DNA of 64,000 nucleotides from Octopus vulgaris (GCA_951406725.2 OX597824.1:14198001-14262000), one strand, 5' to 3'; counted from the stretch's first letter, positions 12,478-24,814 are shown. Translations and numbers: made by a program. Notes: generated by a model from the letters alone, not told the origin.

Positions 12478-12592
12478 GGCGGTGAGCTGGCAGAATCGTT
12501 AGCACGCCGGGCGAAATGCTTCGCGGTATATCGTCTGCCGCTACGTTCTGAGTTCAAATTCCGCCGCAGTCGACTTTGCCTTTCATCCTTAG
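12478..12592 (+). mobile_element. SINE family C (Nin/Deu-domain-like), truncated by the satellite
   Basis: GAGCTGGCAGAATCGTTAGC..GAGTTCAAATTCC..GACTTTGCCTTTCATCCTT. Further copies near 19585-19750, 28455-28655, 28943-29160, 36207-36420, 36646-36860, 46603-46815, 48207-48435, 50467-50596, 51660-51890, 53322-53553, 58965-59180, 60567-60787 and 62810-62938. Confidence 0.75.
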
Positions 12593-14520
12593 ATCGAAGA
12601 GGAGTTCTAAAAGAGATCAAAGAGGGTGCCGAAAGAGATCAAAGAAGGTGCCGGAAGAGATCAAAGAGGGTGCCAAAATAGATCAAAGAGGGTGATAAAA
12701 CAGATCAAAGAGGGTGCCGAAAGAGATCAAAGAGGAGTTCCGAAGGAGATCAAAGAGGATGCCAAAAGAGATCAAAGAGGAGTTCCGAAAGAGATCAAAG
12801 AGGGTGCCGAAAGAGATCAAAGAAGGTGCCGGAAGAGATCAAAGAGGGTGCCGAAATAGATCAAAGAGGGAGCCGAAAGAGATCAAAGAGGAGTTCCGAA
12901 AGAGATCAAAGAGGGTGCCGAAAGGGATCAAAGAGGGTGCCAAAATAGATCAAAGAGGGTGCCGAAAGAGATCAAAGAGGAGTTCCGAAGGAGATCAAAG
13001 AGGATGCCAAAAGAGATCAAAGAGGAGTTCCGAAAGAGATCAAAGAGGGTGCCGAAAGAGATCAAAGAAGGTGCCGGAAGAGATCAAAGAGGGTGCCGAA
13101 ATAGATCAAAGAGGGAGCCGAAAGAGATCAAAGAGGAGTTCCGAAAGAGATCAAAGAGGGTGCCGAAAGAGATCAAAGAGGGTGCCAAAATAGATCAAAG
13201 AGGGTGCCGAAAGAGATCAAAGAGGAGTTCCGAAAGAGATCAAAGAGGGTGCCGAAAGAGATCAAAGAGGAGTCCCGAAAGAGATCAAACAGGGTGCCGA
13301 AAGAGATCAAAGAAGGTGCCGGAAGAGATCAAAGAGGGTGCCGAAATAGATCAAAGAGGGAGCCGAAAGAGATCAAAGAGGAGTTCCGAAGGAGATCAAA
13401 GAGGATGCCAAAAGAGATCAAAGAGGAGTTCCGAAAGAGATCAAAGAGGGTGCCGAAAGAGATCAAAGAAGGTGCCGGAAGAGATCAAAGAGAGTGCCGA
13501 AATAGATCAAAGAGGGAGCCGAAAGAGATCAAAGAGGAGTTCCGAAAGAGATCAAAGAGGGTGCCGAAAGGGATCAAAGAGGGTGCCAAAATAGATCAAA
13601 GAGGGTGCCGAAAGAGATCAAAGAGTAGTTCCGAAAGAGATCAAAGAGGGTGCCGAAAGAGATCAAAGAGGAGTCCCGAAAGAGATCAAACAGGGTGCCG
13701 AAAGAGATCAAACAGGGTGCCGAAAGAAATCAAAGAGGGTGCTAAAATAGATCAAAGAGGGAGCCGAAAGAGATCAAAGAGGAGTTCCGAAGGAGATCAA
13801 AGAGGATGCCAAAAGAGATCAAAGAGGAGTTCCGAAAGAGATCAAAGAGGGAGCCGAAAGAGATCAAAGAGGGTGCCAAAAGAAATCAAAGAGGGTGCCA
13901 AAATAGATCAAAGAGGGGGCCGAAAGAGATCAAAGAGGAGTTCCGAAAGAGATGAAAGAGGGTGCCGAAAGGGATCAAAGAGGGTGCCAAAATAGATCAA
14001 AGAGGGTGCCGAAAGAGATCAAAGAGGAGTTCCGAAAGAGATCAAAGAGGGTGCCGAAAGAGATCAAAGAGGAGTCCCGAAAGAGATCAAACAGGGTGCC
14101 GAAAGAGATCAAAGAGGAGTTCCGAAAGAGATCAAAGAGGGTGCGAAAATAGATCAAAGACGGAGCCGAAAGAGATCAAAGAGGAGTTCCGAAAGAGATC
14201 AAAGAGGGTGCCGAAAGAGATCAAAGAGGGTGCCAAAAGAAATCAAAGAGGGTGCCAAAATAGATCAAAGCGGGAACCGAAAGAGATCAAAGAGGAGTTC
14301 CGAAAGAGATGAAAGAGGGTGCCGAAAGAAATCAAAGAGGGTACCGAAAGAGATCAAAGAGGAGTTCCGAAAGAGATCAAAGAGGAGTTCCGAAAGAGAT
14401 CAAAGAGGGTGCCGAAAGAGATCAAAGAGGGGTGCCGAAAGAGATCAAAGAGGAGTGCCGAAAAAGATCAAAGAGGGTGCCGAAAAAGATCAAAGAGGAG
14501 CGCCGACAAAGATCAAAGAG
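12593..14520 (+). repeat. 22/23-bp satellite (AGATCAAAGAGGGTGCCGAAAG / AGATCAAAGAGGAGTTCCGAAAG), roughly 85 monomers
   Basis: Direct reading; includes a 245-bp higher-order duplication (12714 vs 12959). Monomer count is estimated from length. Confidence 0.97.
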
Positions 14521-17500
14521 GGTGAAGGGGAGGAAGGGGAGGTAGGAATGTTAAACATTCAAGAGAGGGATATTTGAGAAGTGCAGCGGAGGAAGGGGAG
14601 GTAGGAATGTTTAACATTCCAAAGAGGGGGATTTGAGAAGTGAAGGGTAGGAAGGAATGTTGTACATTCCAGAGAGAGGGATTTGAGAAGTGAAGGGGAG
14701 GAAGGGGAGGTAGGAATGTTGAACATTCCAGAGAGGGGGATTTGAGAAATGAACGGGAGGAAGGGGAGGAAGGAATGTTGAACGTTCCAGAGAGGGGGAT
14801 TTGAGAAATGAAAGGGGAGGAAGGGGAGGTAGGAATGTTGAACGTTCCAGAGAGGGGGATTTGAGAAATGAATGGGAGGAAGGGGAGGTAGGAGTGTTGA
14901 ACGTTCCAGAGAGGGGGATTTGAGAAATGAATAGGAGGAAGGGGAGGTAGGAATGTTGAACATTCCAGAGAGGGGGATTTGAGAAATGAACGGGAGGAAG
15001 GGGAGGAAGGAATGTTGAACGTTCCAGAGAGGGGGATTTGAGAAATGAAAGGGGAGGAAGGGGAGGTAGGAATGTTGAACGTTCCAGAGAGGGGGATTTG
15101 AGAAATGAATGGGAGGAAGGGGAGGTAGGAATGTTGAACGTTCCAGAGAGGGGGATTTGAGAAATGAATAGGAGGAAGGGGAGGTAGGAATGTTGAACAT
15201 TCCAGAGAGGGGGATTTGAGAAATGAACGGGAGGAAGGGGAGGAAGGAATGTTGAACGTTCCAGAGAGGGTGATTTGAGAAATGGATGGGAGGAAGGGGA
15301 GGAAGGAATGTTGAACATTCCAGAGAGGGTGATTTGAGAAATGAATGGGAGGAAGGGGAGGTAGGAATGTTGAACGTTCCAGAGAGGGGGATTTGAGAAA
15401 TGAAAGGGGAGAGGAAGGAATCTTGAACGCAGGAGTGGTTGTGAGGCGCAGGAGTGGCTGTGTGGTAAGTAGCTTGTTTGCCACCCACATGGTTCCGGGT
15501 TCAGTCCCACTGCGTGGCACCTTGGGCAACTGTCTTCTGCTATAGCCTCCGGCCGACCAAAGCCTTGTGAGTGGATATGGTAGACGGAAACTGAACGAAG
15601 CCCGTCGTATATATGTATATATATATATGCGTGTGTGTGTTTGTGTGTCTGTGTTTGTGTGTCTGTGATTGTCTCCCAAGCATTGCTTGACAACCGATGC
15701 TGGTGTGTTTATGTCTCCGTTTCTTAGCGGTTCGGCAAAAGAGACCGATAGAATAAGTACTGGGCTTACAAAAGAATAAGTCCCGGGGTCGAGTTGCTCG
15801 ATTTAAGGCGGTGCTCCAGCATGGCCGCAGTCAAATGACTGAAACAAGTAAAAGAGTAAAAGAGTAATAGAGTATTCCAGAGAGGGGAATTTGAGAAATG
15901 AAGGGGAGGAAGGGGAGGAGGGAATGTGGAACATTCCAGAGAGGAGGATTTGAGAAGTCAAGGGTAGGAATGGGAGGGAGGAATGTTGAACATTGCAGAG
16001 AGGGGGAATTGAGAAATGAAGGGGAGGAAGGGAGATAGAAATGTTGAACTTTCCAGAGAGAGGAATTTGAGAAGTGAAGGGGAGGAAGGGGAGGTAGGAA
16101 TGTTGAACATTCCAGAGAGGGGGATTTGACAAATAAAGGGAGGAAGGGGAGGAAGGAATGTTGAACATTCCAGAGAGGGGGATTTGAGAAATGAAGGGGA
16201 GGAAGGGGAGGTAGGAATTTTGAACATTCCAGAGAGGGGTTAGGGTTAGGTTCAAAAGTGAAGGGGAAGAAGGGGAGGTAGGAATGTTCAACATTCCAGA
16301 GAGGGGGATTTGAGAAGTGAAGGGGAGGAAGGGGAGGTAGGAGTGTTGAACATTCCAGAGAGGGGGATTTGAGAAATGAAGGGAAGAAAAAGGAGGTAGG
16401 AGTGTTGAACATTCCAGAAAGGGGGATTTGAGAAATGAAGTGGAGGAAGGGGAGGAAGGAATGTTGAACATGCCAGAGAGGGGGATTTGAGAAGTGAAGG
16501 GGAGGAACGGGAGGTAGGAGTGTTGAACATTCCAGAGAGGGGGATTTGAGAAATGAAGTGGAGGAAGTGAAGGTAGGAATGTCGAACATTCCAGAGAGGG
16601 TGATTTGAGAAGTGAAGGGGAGGAACGGGAGGTAGGAATGTTGAACATTCCAGAGAGGGGGATTTGAGAAATGAAGGGGAGGAAGGGGAGGAGGAATGTT
16701 GAACATTCCATAGAGGGTGATTTGAGAAGTGAAGGGGAGGAACGAGAGGTATGAATGTTGAACATTCCAGAGAGGGTGATTTGAGAAATGAAGGGGAGGA
16801 AGGGGAGGTAGGAATGTTGAACATTCCAGAGAGGGGGACTTGAGAAATGAAGGGATGAAGGAATGTTGAACATTCCAGAGAGGGGGATTTGAGAAATGAA
16901 GGGGAGGAAGGGGAGGTATGAGTGTTGAACATTCCAGAAAGGGGGATTTGAGAAATGAAGGGGAGGAAGGGGAGGAAGGAATGTTGAACATTCCAGAGAG
17001 GGTGATTTGAGAAATAAAGGGGAGGAACGGGAAGTAGGAATGTTGAACATTCCAGAGAGGGTGATTTGAGAAATGAAGGGGGGAAGGGGAGGTAGGAGTG
17101 TTGAACATTCCAGAGAGGGGGATTTGAGAAATGAAGGTGAGGAAGTGAAGGTAGGAATGTCGAACATTCCAGAGAGGGCGATTTGAGAAGTGAAGGGGAG
17201 GAAAGGGAGGTAGGAGTGTTGAACATTCCAGAGAGGGTGATTTGAGAAGTGAAGGGGAGGAAGTGAAGGTAGTAATGTCGAACATTCCAGAGAGGGCGAT
17301 TTGAGAAGTGAAGGGGAGGAAAGGGAGGTAGGAGTGTTGAACATTCCAGAGAGGGGGATTTGAGAAGTGAAGGGGAGGAAGGGGAGGTAAGAATGTTGAA
17401 CATTCCAGAGAGAGGAATTTGAGAAATGAAGGGGAGGAAGGGGAGGAAATAATGTCTTACATTCCAGAGAGGGGATTTGAGAAGTGAAGAGGAGGAAGGG

Positions 17501-17620
17501 GAGGTCGGAATGTTGAACATTCCAGAGAGGGGGATTTGAGAAATGAAGGGGAGGAAGGGGAGGAAGGAATGTTGATGATTCCAGAGAGGGGGATTTGAGA
17601 AGTGAAGGGGAGGAAGGGGA
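14521..17620 (+). repeat. ~59-bp purine-rich satellite with internal palindrome GGAATGTT-G-AACATTCC, about 45 copies, split by a SINE
   Basis: Consensus GAAGGGGAGGAAGGGGAGGTAGGAATGTTGAACATTCCAGAGAGGGGGATTTGAGAAAT; decays into (GAATGTCTG)n at 17622-17725. Confidence 0.97.
15445..15866 (+). mobile_element. SINE family A copy inserted into the 59-bp satellite
   Basis: Full-length copy preceded by a partial duplicate of its own head (15427-15443). Confidence 0.88.
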
Positions 17621-17754
17621 CGAATGTCATGAATGTGTTGAATGTCTGGAATGTCTGGAATGTCTGGAATTTCTGGAATTTGTGGTATGTTAGGATTGCC
17701 TACAATGTCAGAAATGTCAGGAATGTATACATATATATATCAGTATATATATAT

Positions 17755-18140
17755 ACTAGCAGTATCGCCCGGCGTTGCTCAGGTTTATAAGGGAAATAAC
17801 TATAAAGCATTTTTAGAGAGTTATAGCCAAAAAATAGCAAAAAAATGGAAAAAAATTATGGTAAATTTTTTTTGAGATTTAAAAAAGGTGGAGTTGCGTC
17901 CCCTAGACAGTTTGTGGTTCGTGTTTCTGATTCCCGACCCCATGTCGAATTTATCGATTTTTCTCAGAACTGGGGAAACTTTTCAAAATTTTCGCTGCGT
18001 TAGTTTTGAATTATGACAATGGGCTATGTGTGTGTCAAGTTTCATTAGAATCGGTTGAAAGCCATGGTCAGGGTGAGGGTACAAGCAAACAGACACACAG
18101 AAACACTTACAGACAAACTGCCGTTTATATAGAGAGAGAT
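17755..18140 (+). mobile_element. Non-autonomous Helitron-like (Lep1/HINE-type) element
   Basis: Starts ACTAGCAGTATCGCCCGGCGTTGC and ends AAGTTTCATTAGAATCGG..ACAGACAAACTGCCGTTTATATA; inverted copy at 54733-55108. Confidence 0.6.
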
Positions 18141-18450
18141 ATAGACCAGTATCGGTTGTCAAGCGATGTTGGGTGAGGGACAAACATAGATACACAAACA
18201 CATACATATATACGACGAGCGTCCCTCAGTTTTCCATTTACCATATATACTCAGAAGGCTTTCGTCGGCCCTCGGCTATAGTAAAAACACTTGCCCAAGG
18301 GGCCGCGCAGTGGGACTGAACTCGGAACTATGTGGTTCGTAAGCAAGCTACTTACCAAGCAGCCACTCCTATATGTATGCGTATATTTGTGTTGGCCTAG
18401 ATTAGCAAGGGCAGGGTGATTCCCGCGTGTGTAATAGTTAGGAGTATGAG

Positions 18451-18832
18451 TGGAGGCGCAATGACCCAGTGGTTAGCGCAGCGGACTCGTGGTCGTAGGA
18501 TCGCGGTTTCGATTCCCAGACCGGGCGTTGTGAGTGTTTATTGAGCGAAAACACCTAAAAGCTCCACGAGGCTCCGGCAGGGGATGGTGGTGATCCCTAC
18601 TGTACTCTTTCACCACAACTTTCTCTCTCTTACTTCCTGTTTCTGTTGTACCTGTATTTCAAAGGGCCGGCCTTGTCACTTTCTGTGTCACGCTGAATAT
18701 CCCCGAGAACTACGTTAAGGGTGCACGTGTCTGTGGAGTGCTCAGCCACTTACACGTTAATTTCACGAGCAGGCTGTTCCGTTGATCGGATCAACCGGAA
18801 CCCTTGTCGTCGTAACCGACGGAGTGCTTCCA
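18451..18832 (+). mobile_element. SINE family B copy
   Basis: Homologous to 10390-10774; tRNA-like head with boxes A and B. Confidence 0.8.
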
Positions 18833-19069
18833 CCACCATAGGAGTATGAGTGTGTATGTGTGTGCGTGTGTACGTGTGTGCAAGAGAGTGCACGAAAACA
18901 TTAATATAATCCCAAAGCATATTATGGCGGGAAAGAGTATTTGCGTACCTTTTTTTTTTTTGTCACCGCCTTGAGGAATTTTTAGACGAATGAATCGACC
19001 CCTGTGCTTCTTTCGTTTTTAAGCCTAGTAATTATACTTTTGTCTCTTTTGCCGAACTGCTAAGTTAAG

Positions 19070-19580
19070 GGAATGTAAACATATAACAAAAATATATCCT
19101 GAAATCTGGCAGACATGCTTCTCTGCAGCTCATCCAGGTGCGAACAATACACCTGAATGTCCTCTTCTGGAATACGCTTTTCCTTCTCAAATTCACAGAG
19201 GCTCAGAAAGTAAAAGAACCAACGTCGGCTTATGTTACATCTGAATTGCTGTAACTTGGGCAGAAACATAGAGAGGGCTGGTTCTACTTTGATACGGTTT
19301 AACCTCAATTCGTTGCAGTTATAAATTAACATCGTTAAACTTTGTGAATGTATCTGCCATATAAGTAATGTCACGCTTGCTGTTTCTTGTTTCATCGCAA
19401 AGAACAGAATAAAAGTCTTACAATAATTCAACAACTGTTTTAAAAAGGGAATAGAGACTTTCAGGCAGTTTCCCTTTGACAGCCATCGAACTTCTGTGTG
19501 CGACAACAAACGTTGGGGCTGTTGAAACAGTGAGGAAGCATGAGCATGCGCCTTGGTTGTATTTACTGCTGTGATAACTG
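19070..19580 (-). mobile_element. hAT (Charlie/Buster, ZBED5/FAM200-like) transposase fragment
   Basis: LLSHTEVRWLSKGNCL motif and HLDELQRSMSARFQDI. Confidence 0.8.
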
Positions 19581-19763
19581 TTTCTTTATTATCCACAAGG
19601 GGCTAAACATAGATGGGACAAACAAGGACAGACAAACGGATTAAGTCGATTACATCGACCCCAGTGCGTAACTGGTACTTAATTTATCGACCCCGAAAGG
19701 ATGAAAGGTAAAGTCGACCTCGGCGGAATTTTGAACTCGGAACGTAACGTACATCGATTTAAG

Positions 19764-19916
19764 CACTGTCGCAGCTAGAGTGTGTGCCGCCCGGGGCAGC
19801 CCTTCCGTTTGCCGCCCCCAGACCCTACAAAAAATACATATTGCCTACGGCAGACCCAAAAGTGGTGCCCCTTTAAAAGTGCCGCCCTACCGCCCCTCAC
19901 CCCAGCTACGCTAGTG
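19764..19916. mobile_element. hAT-type MITE with 8-bp TSD GATTTAAG
   Basis: TSD at 19756-19763 and 19917-19924; imperfect TIRs CACTGTCGCAGCTAG / CCAGCTACGCTAGTG. Confidence 0.8.
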
Positions 19917-20266
19917 GATTTAAGTCTACCGCTTAGGTTATTTGTAACGAGTGGAAACACTGGGTATTATTAATAAACTTATGAAGCAGCGATGATAACC
20001 TATCATCGAAGGTGGTCCTTCTACTGCTCAAAAACGAAATACTGACTGTATCTATTTCTGTCTTACAAATAATAGCTCTTTAACCAAGAGTTAATCTTTG
20101 ACGAAGCAAACATAAGCAAGAAATGTAGCGTACTTTTTATTGCTTGGTAAAGAGGTTTAATCTAACTGTAAGTTAAGTTTGGTTATTCAAATTATGTTCC
20201 ACAATATATCTTCAATGTTATAACATTCCACATTTTGAAACATTTGTAGTACTCATTTTTTTTTAC

Positions 20267-20702
20267 TACCCACAAGGAGCTAAACACAGAGAGGGGACAA
20301 ACAAGGACAGACAAAGGTATTAAGTCGATTACATCGACCCCCAGTCTGTAACTGGTACTTAATTTATCGACCCCGAAAGGATGAAAGGCAAAGTCAACCT
20401 CGGCGGAATTTGAACTCAGAACGTAACGACAGACGAAATACGGCTACGCATTTCGCCCGGCGTGCTAACGTTTCTTATTTCTTTACTGCCCACAAGGGGC
20501 TAAACACAGAGGAGACAAACAAGGACAGACAGACGGATTAAGTCAATTACATCGACCCCAGTGCGTAACTGGTACTTAATTTATCGACCCCGAAAGGATG
20601 AAAGGCAAAGTCGACCTCGGCGGAATTTGAACTCAGAACGTAACGGCAGACGAAATATCGCTAAGCATTTCGGCCGTTGCGCTAACGTTTCTGCCAGCTC
20701 GC
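20267..20702 (-). mobile_element. Tandem dimer of SINE family C
   Basis: Two head-to-tail copies of about 210-225 bp (junction near 20475). Confidence 0.8.
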
Positions 20703-20873
20703 TAGTACTCATTTTTAGAGAATAAATGTTGTACTTCCTATTCTTCATTTTAATTTTCCAGGTTAAAGTCCTGAAAAAAAAAACGAAGGGAAATTCCAAT
20801 TTACATATAATTTAAAGGTTATCCCGATTTGATGTCTAAGAAATTAAGGTAAGCCTAAATATAACCTCACTAA

Positions 20874-21099
20874 CTCTCTTTTACTCTTTTACTTGTTTCA
20901 GTCATTTGACTGCGGCCATGCTGGAGCACCGCCTTTAGTCGAGCAAATCGACCCCGGGACTTATTCTTTGTAAGCCCAGTACTTATTTTATCGGTCTCTT
21001 TTGCCGAACCGCTAAGTGACGGGGACGTAAACACACCAGCATCGGTTGTCAAGCAATGCTAGGGGGACAAACACAGACACACAAACATATACACACACA

Positions 21100-21141
<42 letters not shown>

Positions 21142-21306
21142 TATGACAGGCTTCTTTCAGTTTCCGTCTACCAAATCCACCCACAAGGCATTGGTCGGCC
21201 CGGGGCTATAGCAGAAGACACTTGCCCAAGATGCCACGCAGTGGGACTGAACCCGGAACCATGTGGTTGGTTAGCAAGCTACTTACCACACAGCCACTCT
21301 TGCGCC
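20874..21306 (-). mobile_element. SINE family A copy
   Basis: Reverse complement of the 5287-5721 consensus. Confidence 0.85.
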
Positions 21307-21734
21307 TAAGTGTATAATGCTCACTGATTTATACATAGTCATGCTTTGTAATCCTACCATTAATGCTATTTGTATTCCTAAGATGTTACAAGTATTTTAT
21401 CTCCTGATAACACTATCAACGATTCTATTATAATGTTATATCTTCAAAGTTTTTTAGAAAATGTTTTGTATGTTGTTATCTATTACAGTTTGTGTTCGTG
21501 CCCTAGCACAAATTTGTTACTGTTATGTTTTGTAGCTGTTGTTGTTGTTTATAAATGGATGAATTAAACAGCGATAGAGTTACAACTGCAAGGGTGAATT
21601 AACATTAAATATCAGTCTATCAACGAACCTCTTTCGTTTATATTTTGGCGGCTCAGAAATATGTGAACATTCTGAAGTATAATCTGAACGTAACGCATCT
21701 TTTTCTCCACCAGCTTGTAAGTATAAATTCACAG

Positions 21735-21840
21735 TGCGACCGATCTTTTCGAGCAAGAATTGGTCTTATCAGTCACCTGCGGACTCACCAATAAATTTGC
21801 GCGAAGACCATCACCCTCGACCTTGAGGGATTGCCATAGA
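21735..21840 (+). mobile_element. RTE/BovB-type LINE 3' end (C-terminal zinc finger)
   Basis: Translates as CDRSFRARIGLISHLRTH followed by a short 3' UTR. Confidence 0.6.
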
Positions 21841-21983
21841 AGTAAGTATAAAGTAAATCTATTTTAACCTCTTAAAGTATAAATCTGACAGAAATGTTGC
21901 TTTTGATTTTTGACCGGTAATTTTTCTTTACTTTGTGTTACTTTTCGGCTAATTAATCTGATCAGTTTTGAAAGTGACGTTCT

Positions 21984-22868
21984 CTAGGAACTGGGTTGAT
22001 GCCCTGCCTGTGGCCAATACTGGCAGTCAGAAACTGGGTTGATGCCCTGCCTGTGGCCAATACTGGCAGTCAGGAACTGGGTTGATGCCCTGCCTGTGGC
22101 CAATACTGGCAGTCAGGAACTGGGTTGATGCCCTGCCTGTGGCCAATACTGGCAGTTAGGAACTGGGTTGATGCCCTGCCTGTGGCCAATACTGGCTGTC
22201 AGGAACTGGCAGTCTAGGAACTGGGTTGATGCCCTGCCTGTGGTCAATACTGGCAGTCAGGAACTGGGTTGATGCCCTGCCTGTGGCCAATACTGGCAGT
22301 CAGGAACTGGGTTGATGCCCTGCCTGTGGCCAATACTGGCAGTCAGGAACTGGCAGTCTAGGAACTGGGTTGATGCCCTGCCTGTGGCCAATACTGGCAG
22401 TCTAGGAACTGGGTTGATGCCCTGCCTGTGGCCAATACTGGCAGTCAGGAACTGGCAGTCTAGGAACTGGGTTGATGCCCTGTCTGTGGCCAATACTGGC
22501 AGTCTAGGAACTGGGTTGATGCCCTGCCTGTGGCCAATACTGGCAGTCTAGGAACTGGGTTGATGCCCTGCCTGTGGCCAATACTGGCAGTCTAGGAACT
22601 GGGTTGATGCCCTGCCTGTGGCCAATACTGGCAGTCAGGAACTGGCAGTCAGGAACTGGCAGTCAGGAACTGGCAGTCTAGGAACTGGGTTGATGCCCTG
22701 CTTGTGGCCAATACTGGCAGTCAGGAACTGGCAGTCTAGGAACTGGGTTGATGCCCTGCCTGTGGTCAATACTGGCAGTCTAGGAACTGGGTTGATGCCC
22801 TGCCTGTGGCCAATACTGGCAGTCTAGGAACTGGGTTGATGCCCTGCCTGTGGCCAATACTGGCAGTC
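21984..22868 (+). repeat. 43/44-bp minisatellite AGGAACTGGGTTGATGCCCTGCCTGTGGCCAATACTGGCAGTC(T) with interspersed 14/15-bp subunits
   Basis: About 18 full units by direct reading; the short subunit AGGAACTGGCAGTC(T) can arise by deletion between the two ACTGG motifs. Confidence 0.95.
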
Positions 22869-24737
22869 TCTCTGTATATATATATTTGGCGTTGTTATTT
22901 TGAAAAGCTGTCACTTTGTACCCGGAACAGTGGCCTTTGACCTCCAAGGCAATGAAAATTGGTGACAAAATTCTTTCTGTACCAAAAGCAAGGCAGAAGT
23001 TCGTGTGTGTGATATATAGGGAACCAAATATTGTTCGCTCATTGTCACCAAGCATCTCAATTCTTCAGTTGTAACTAGTTTGTGATCGAGGAATTTTATT
23101 TTGCAAGGTACTATTTTCCTTCGAATTTGTGATTTCTTCATATTTTGCATCTCTGGTATTTAGACTTTAATTTGAATTGTAGTATTGTCTTCCAATCGCA
23201 ACAGCTAACAGTGAATTATAGAATTTAAAAAAGGCTTTTTCGACTCTTATCAACTCTTCGAGAACATTCACATTTGTTTTTCAAAAATATATTATTTGAA
23301 ATAGTTTGATTTCGTTTTGGACAGAAAATTTTCTGTATTTTAATGTTCTTGAATAAATTCCTTCGCATACAAAAGCTGAGACAACTATATTTCACAGTTG
23401 TTATTTTGAAATGCTTGTCTTCTGATATTTGTGAGTCCATTGAATAAATATTCAACCCTATTAAATATTGGTCTTCCTAAGCATGAAATAATATGGCAGT
23501 TCCAGCCCTAAATAAATTTAACTTGTACTTTTAAAGATGTTCTTTAGGATAACGAGAAATATTGAACTTCAGATGGAATAAAGTAAAATATAGCTATGAA
23601 TAAAAGGTGCGTAGATTATGAATTTTGATTGAAGAGATGGGACCTCGAAATAAAAAGTTGCAGGGAGCCTTTAAAGCCCTACTTTAACATGGCTATCCGT
23701 TTGAGCGGACTCTACTGCGATTTTTTAACCCCAAGAGGACATTTCCTTTAGCTGGTTTTGAAAAATTACATTTACAATGCTAAATATGTTTAACAGTTTT
23801 AATTGTTTGGTAAACGTTATTATTTTGTCGGAGTCACCAATTGTAACGGGAGAAATTGATTTGTAAACAAAATGGTTAAGTGTCGAAGTCAGCTGTTGTG
23901 ATGATAAAAATTTGTTGTTATTATTGCATACGGTAATATGTGAAAGATGAACAATGCATGAAGTTTTAAGGAAATATTTATTTACCGTTACGTTACAATA
24001 CCTTGCCTCGACGGGCAGGTTATGATAAAGCCAAAAGCATGAGAAGTAAAGTTTGTGCTTGTGTCCTCTTCATTGTTTAGTAGTAATTGCTGAGACAGAT
24101 AGAATCATGTTGTAAGAGAACAGAATTAGAGCTAGTGAGAATTGTAGGGGGTTGTCTCATAGTTGCTGACAGTAAACTTCATTTCTCCCTCTGACCAATG
24201 TTCTAGCTGGTCAGCCAGACCTCGTTGAATCGTCACCAACTGTGACGAACTGATTTTTGCTTGGGATGTGCTGGCTTATATAACTATCCAGAAGGATAGA
24301 TATATCATAGAAAATAATAGATTTAGTTGGTGGTCTTGTTATCTCTACTCTAGCTTTTTGGTAAAGTAGAAGAGGTTAGAAAGGGTCAAGTGGTGAAGAC
24401 ATTATTTCGGCCTAGCTAAGACAATCTGGCAAATGTAAAACTGCTGTCAGAGAAAAACCATTGTTCCACCGTGGGAAAAGTTCTGTTGCAGTGTTAATTT
24501 AAATTTGGCCAAGGTGGATCGAATCCACTTCATGCCTGCAAGATTCGCTACATATGTACAAACTAATTTTAAAAGTAACCTCAAGTAATCCCGCCTGTAG
24601 ATCACATGCCAAAGTAGCACCCATTTCTTATGAAAAAATATATTTGAAAGCAACAGTAAATTGAAAAACTCAAGAGCTGGAAGAAATGCTGCTAAGCATT
24701 TTGTCTGATACACAAATGATTCTATCCGCTCACCACC

Positions 24738-24810
<73 letters not shown>

Positions 24811-24814
<4 letters not shown>

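Noticed and set aside
12593-14520. CRISPR-like array (constant repeat with variable spacer)
   Set aside because: Spacers are 13-14 nt variants of one sequence, there are no cas genes, and the context is eukaryotic.
12626-17520. Long ORFs (up to 513 aa) of KEIKE/RSKR and PSSPS/LPFLPF repeats
   Set aside because: They are translations of stop-poor satellites, open in several frames at once and shifting frame with monomer length.
23940-24024. Candidate first coding exon for UGT paralog 1 (GAAAGATGAACA similarity, CAG|GTTATG donor)
   Set aside because: The peptide is not a convincing signal sequence and its phase (2) does not match the weak acceptor at 25662 (phase 1).
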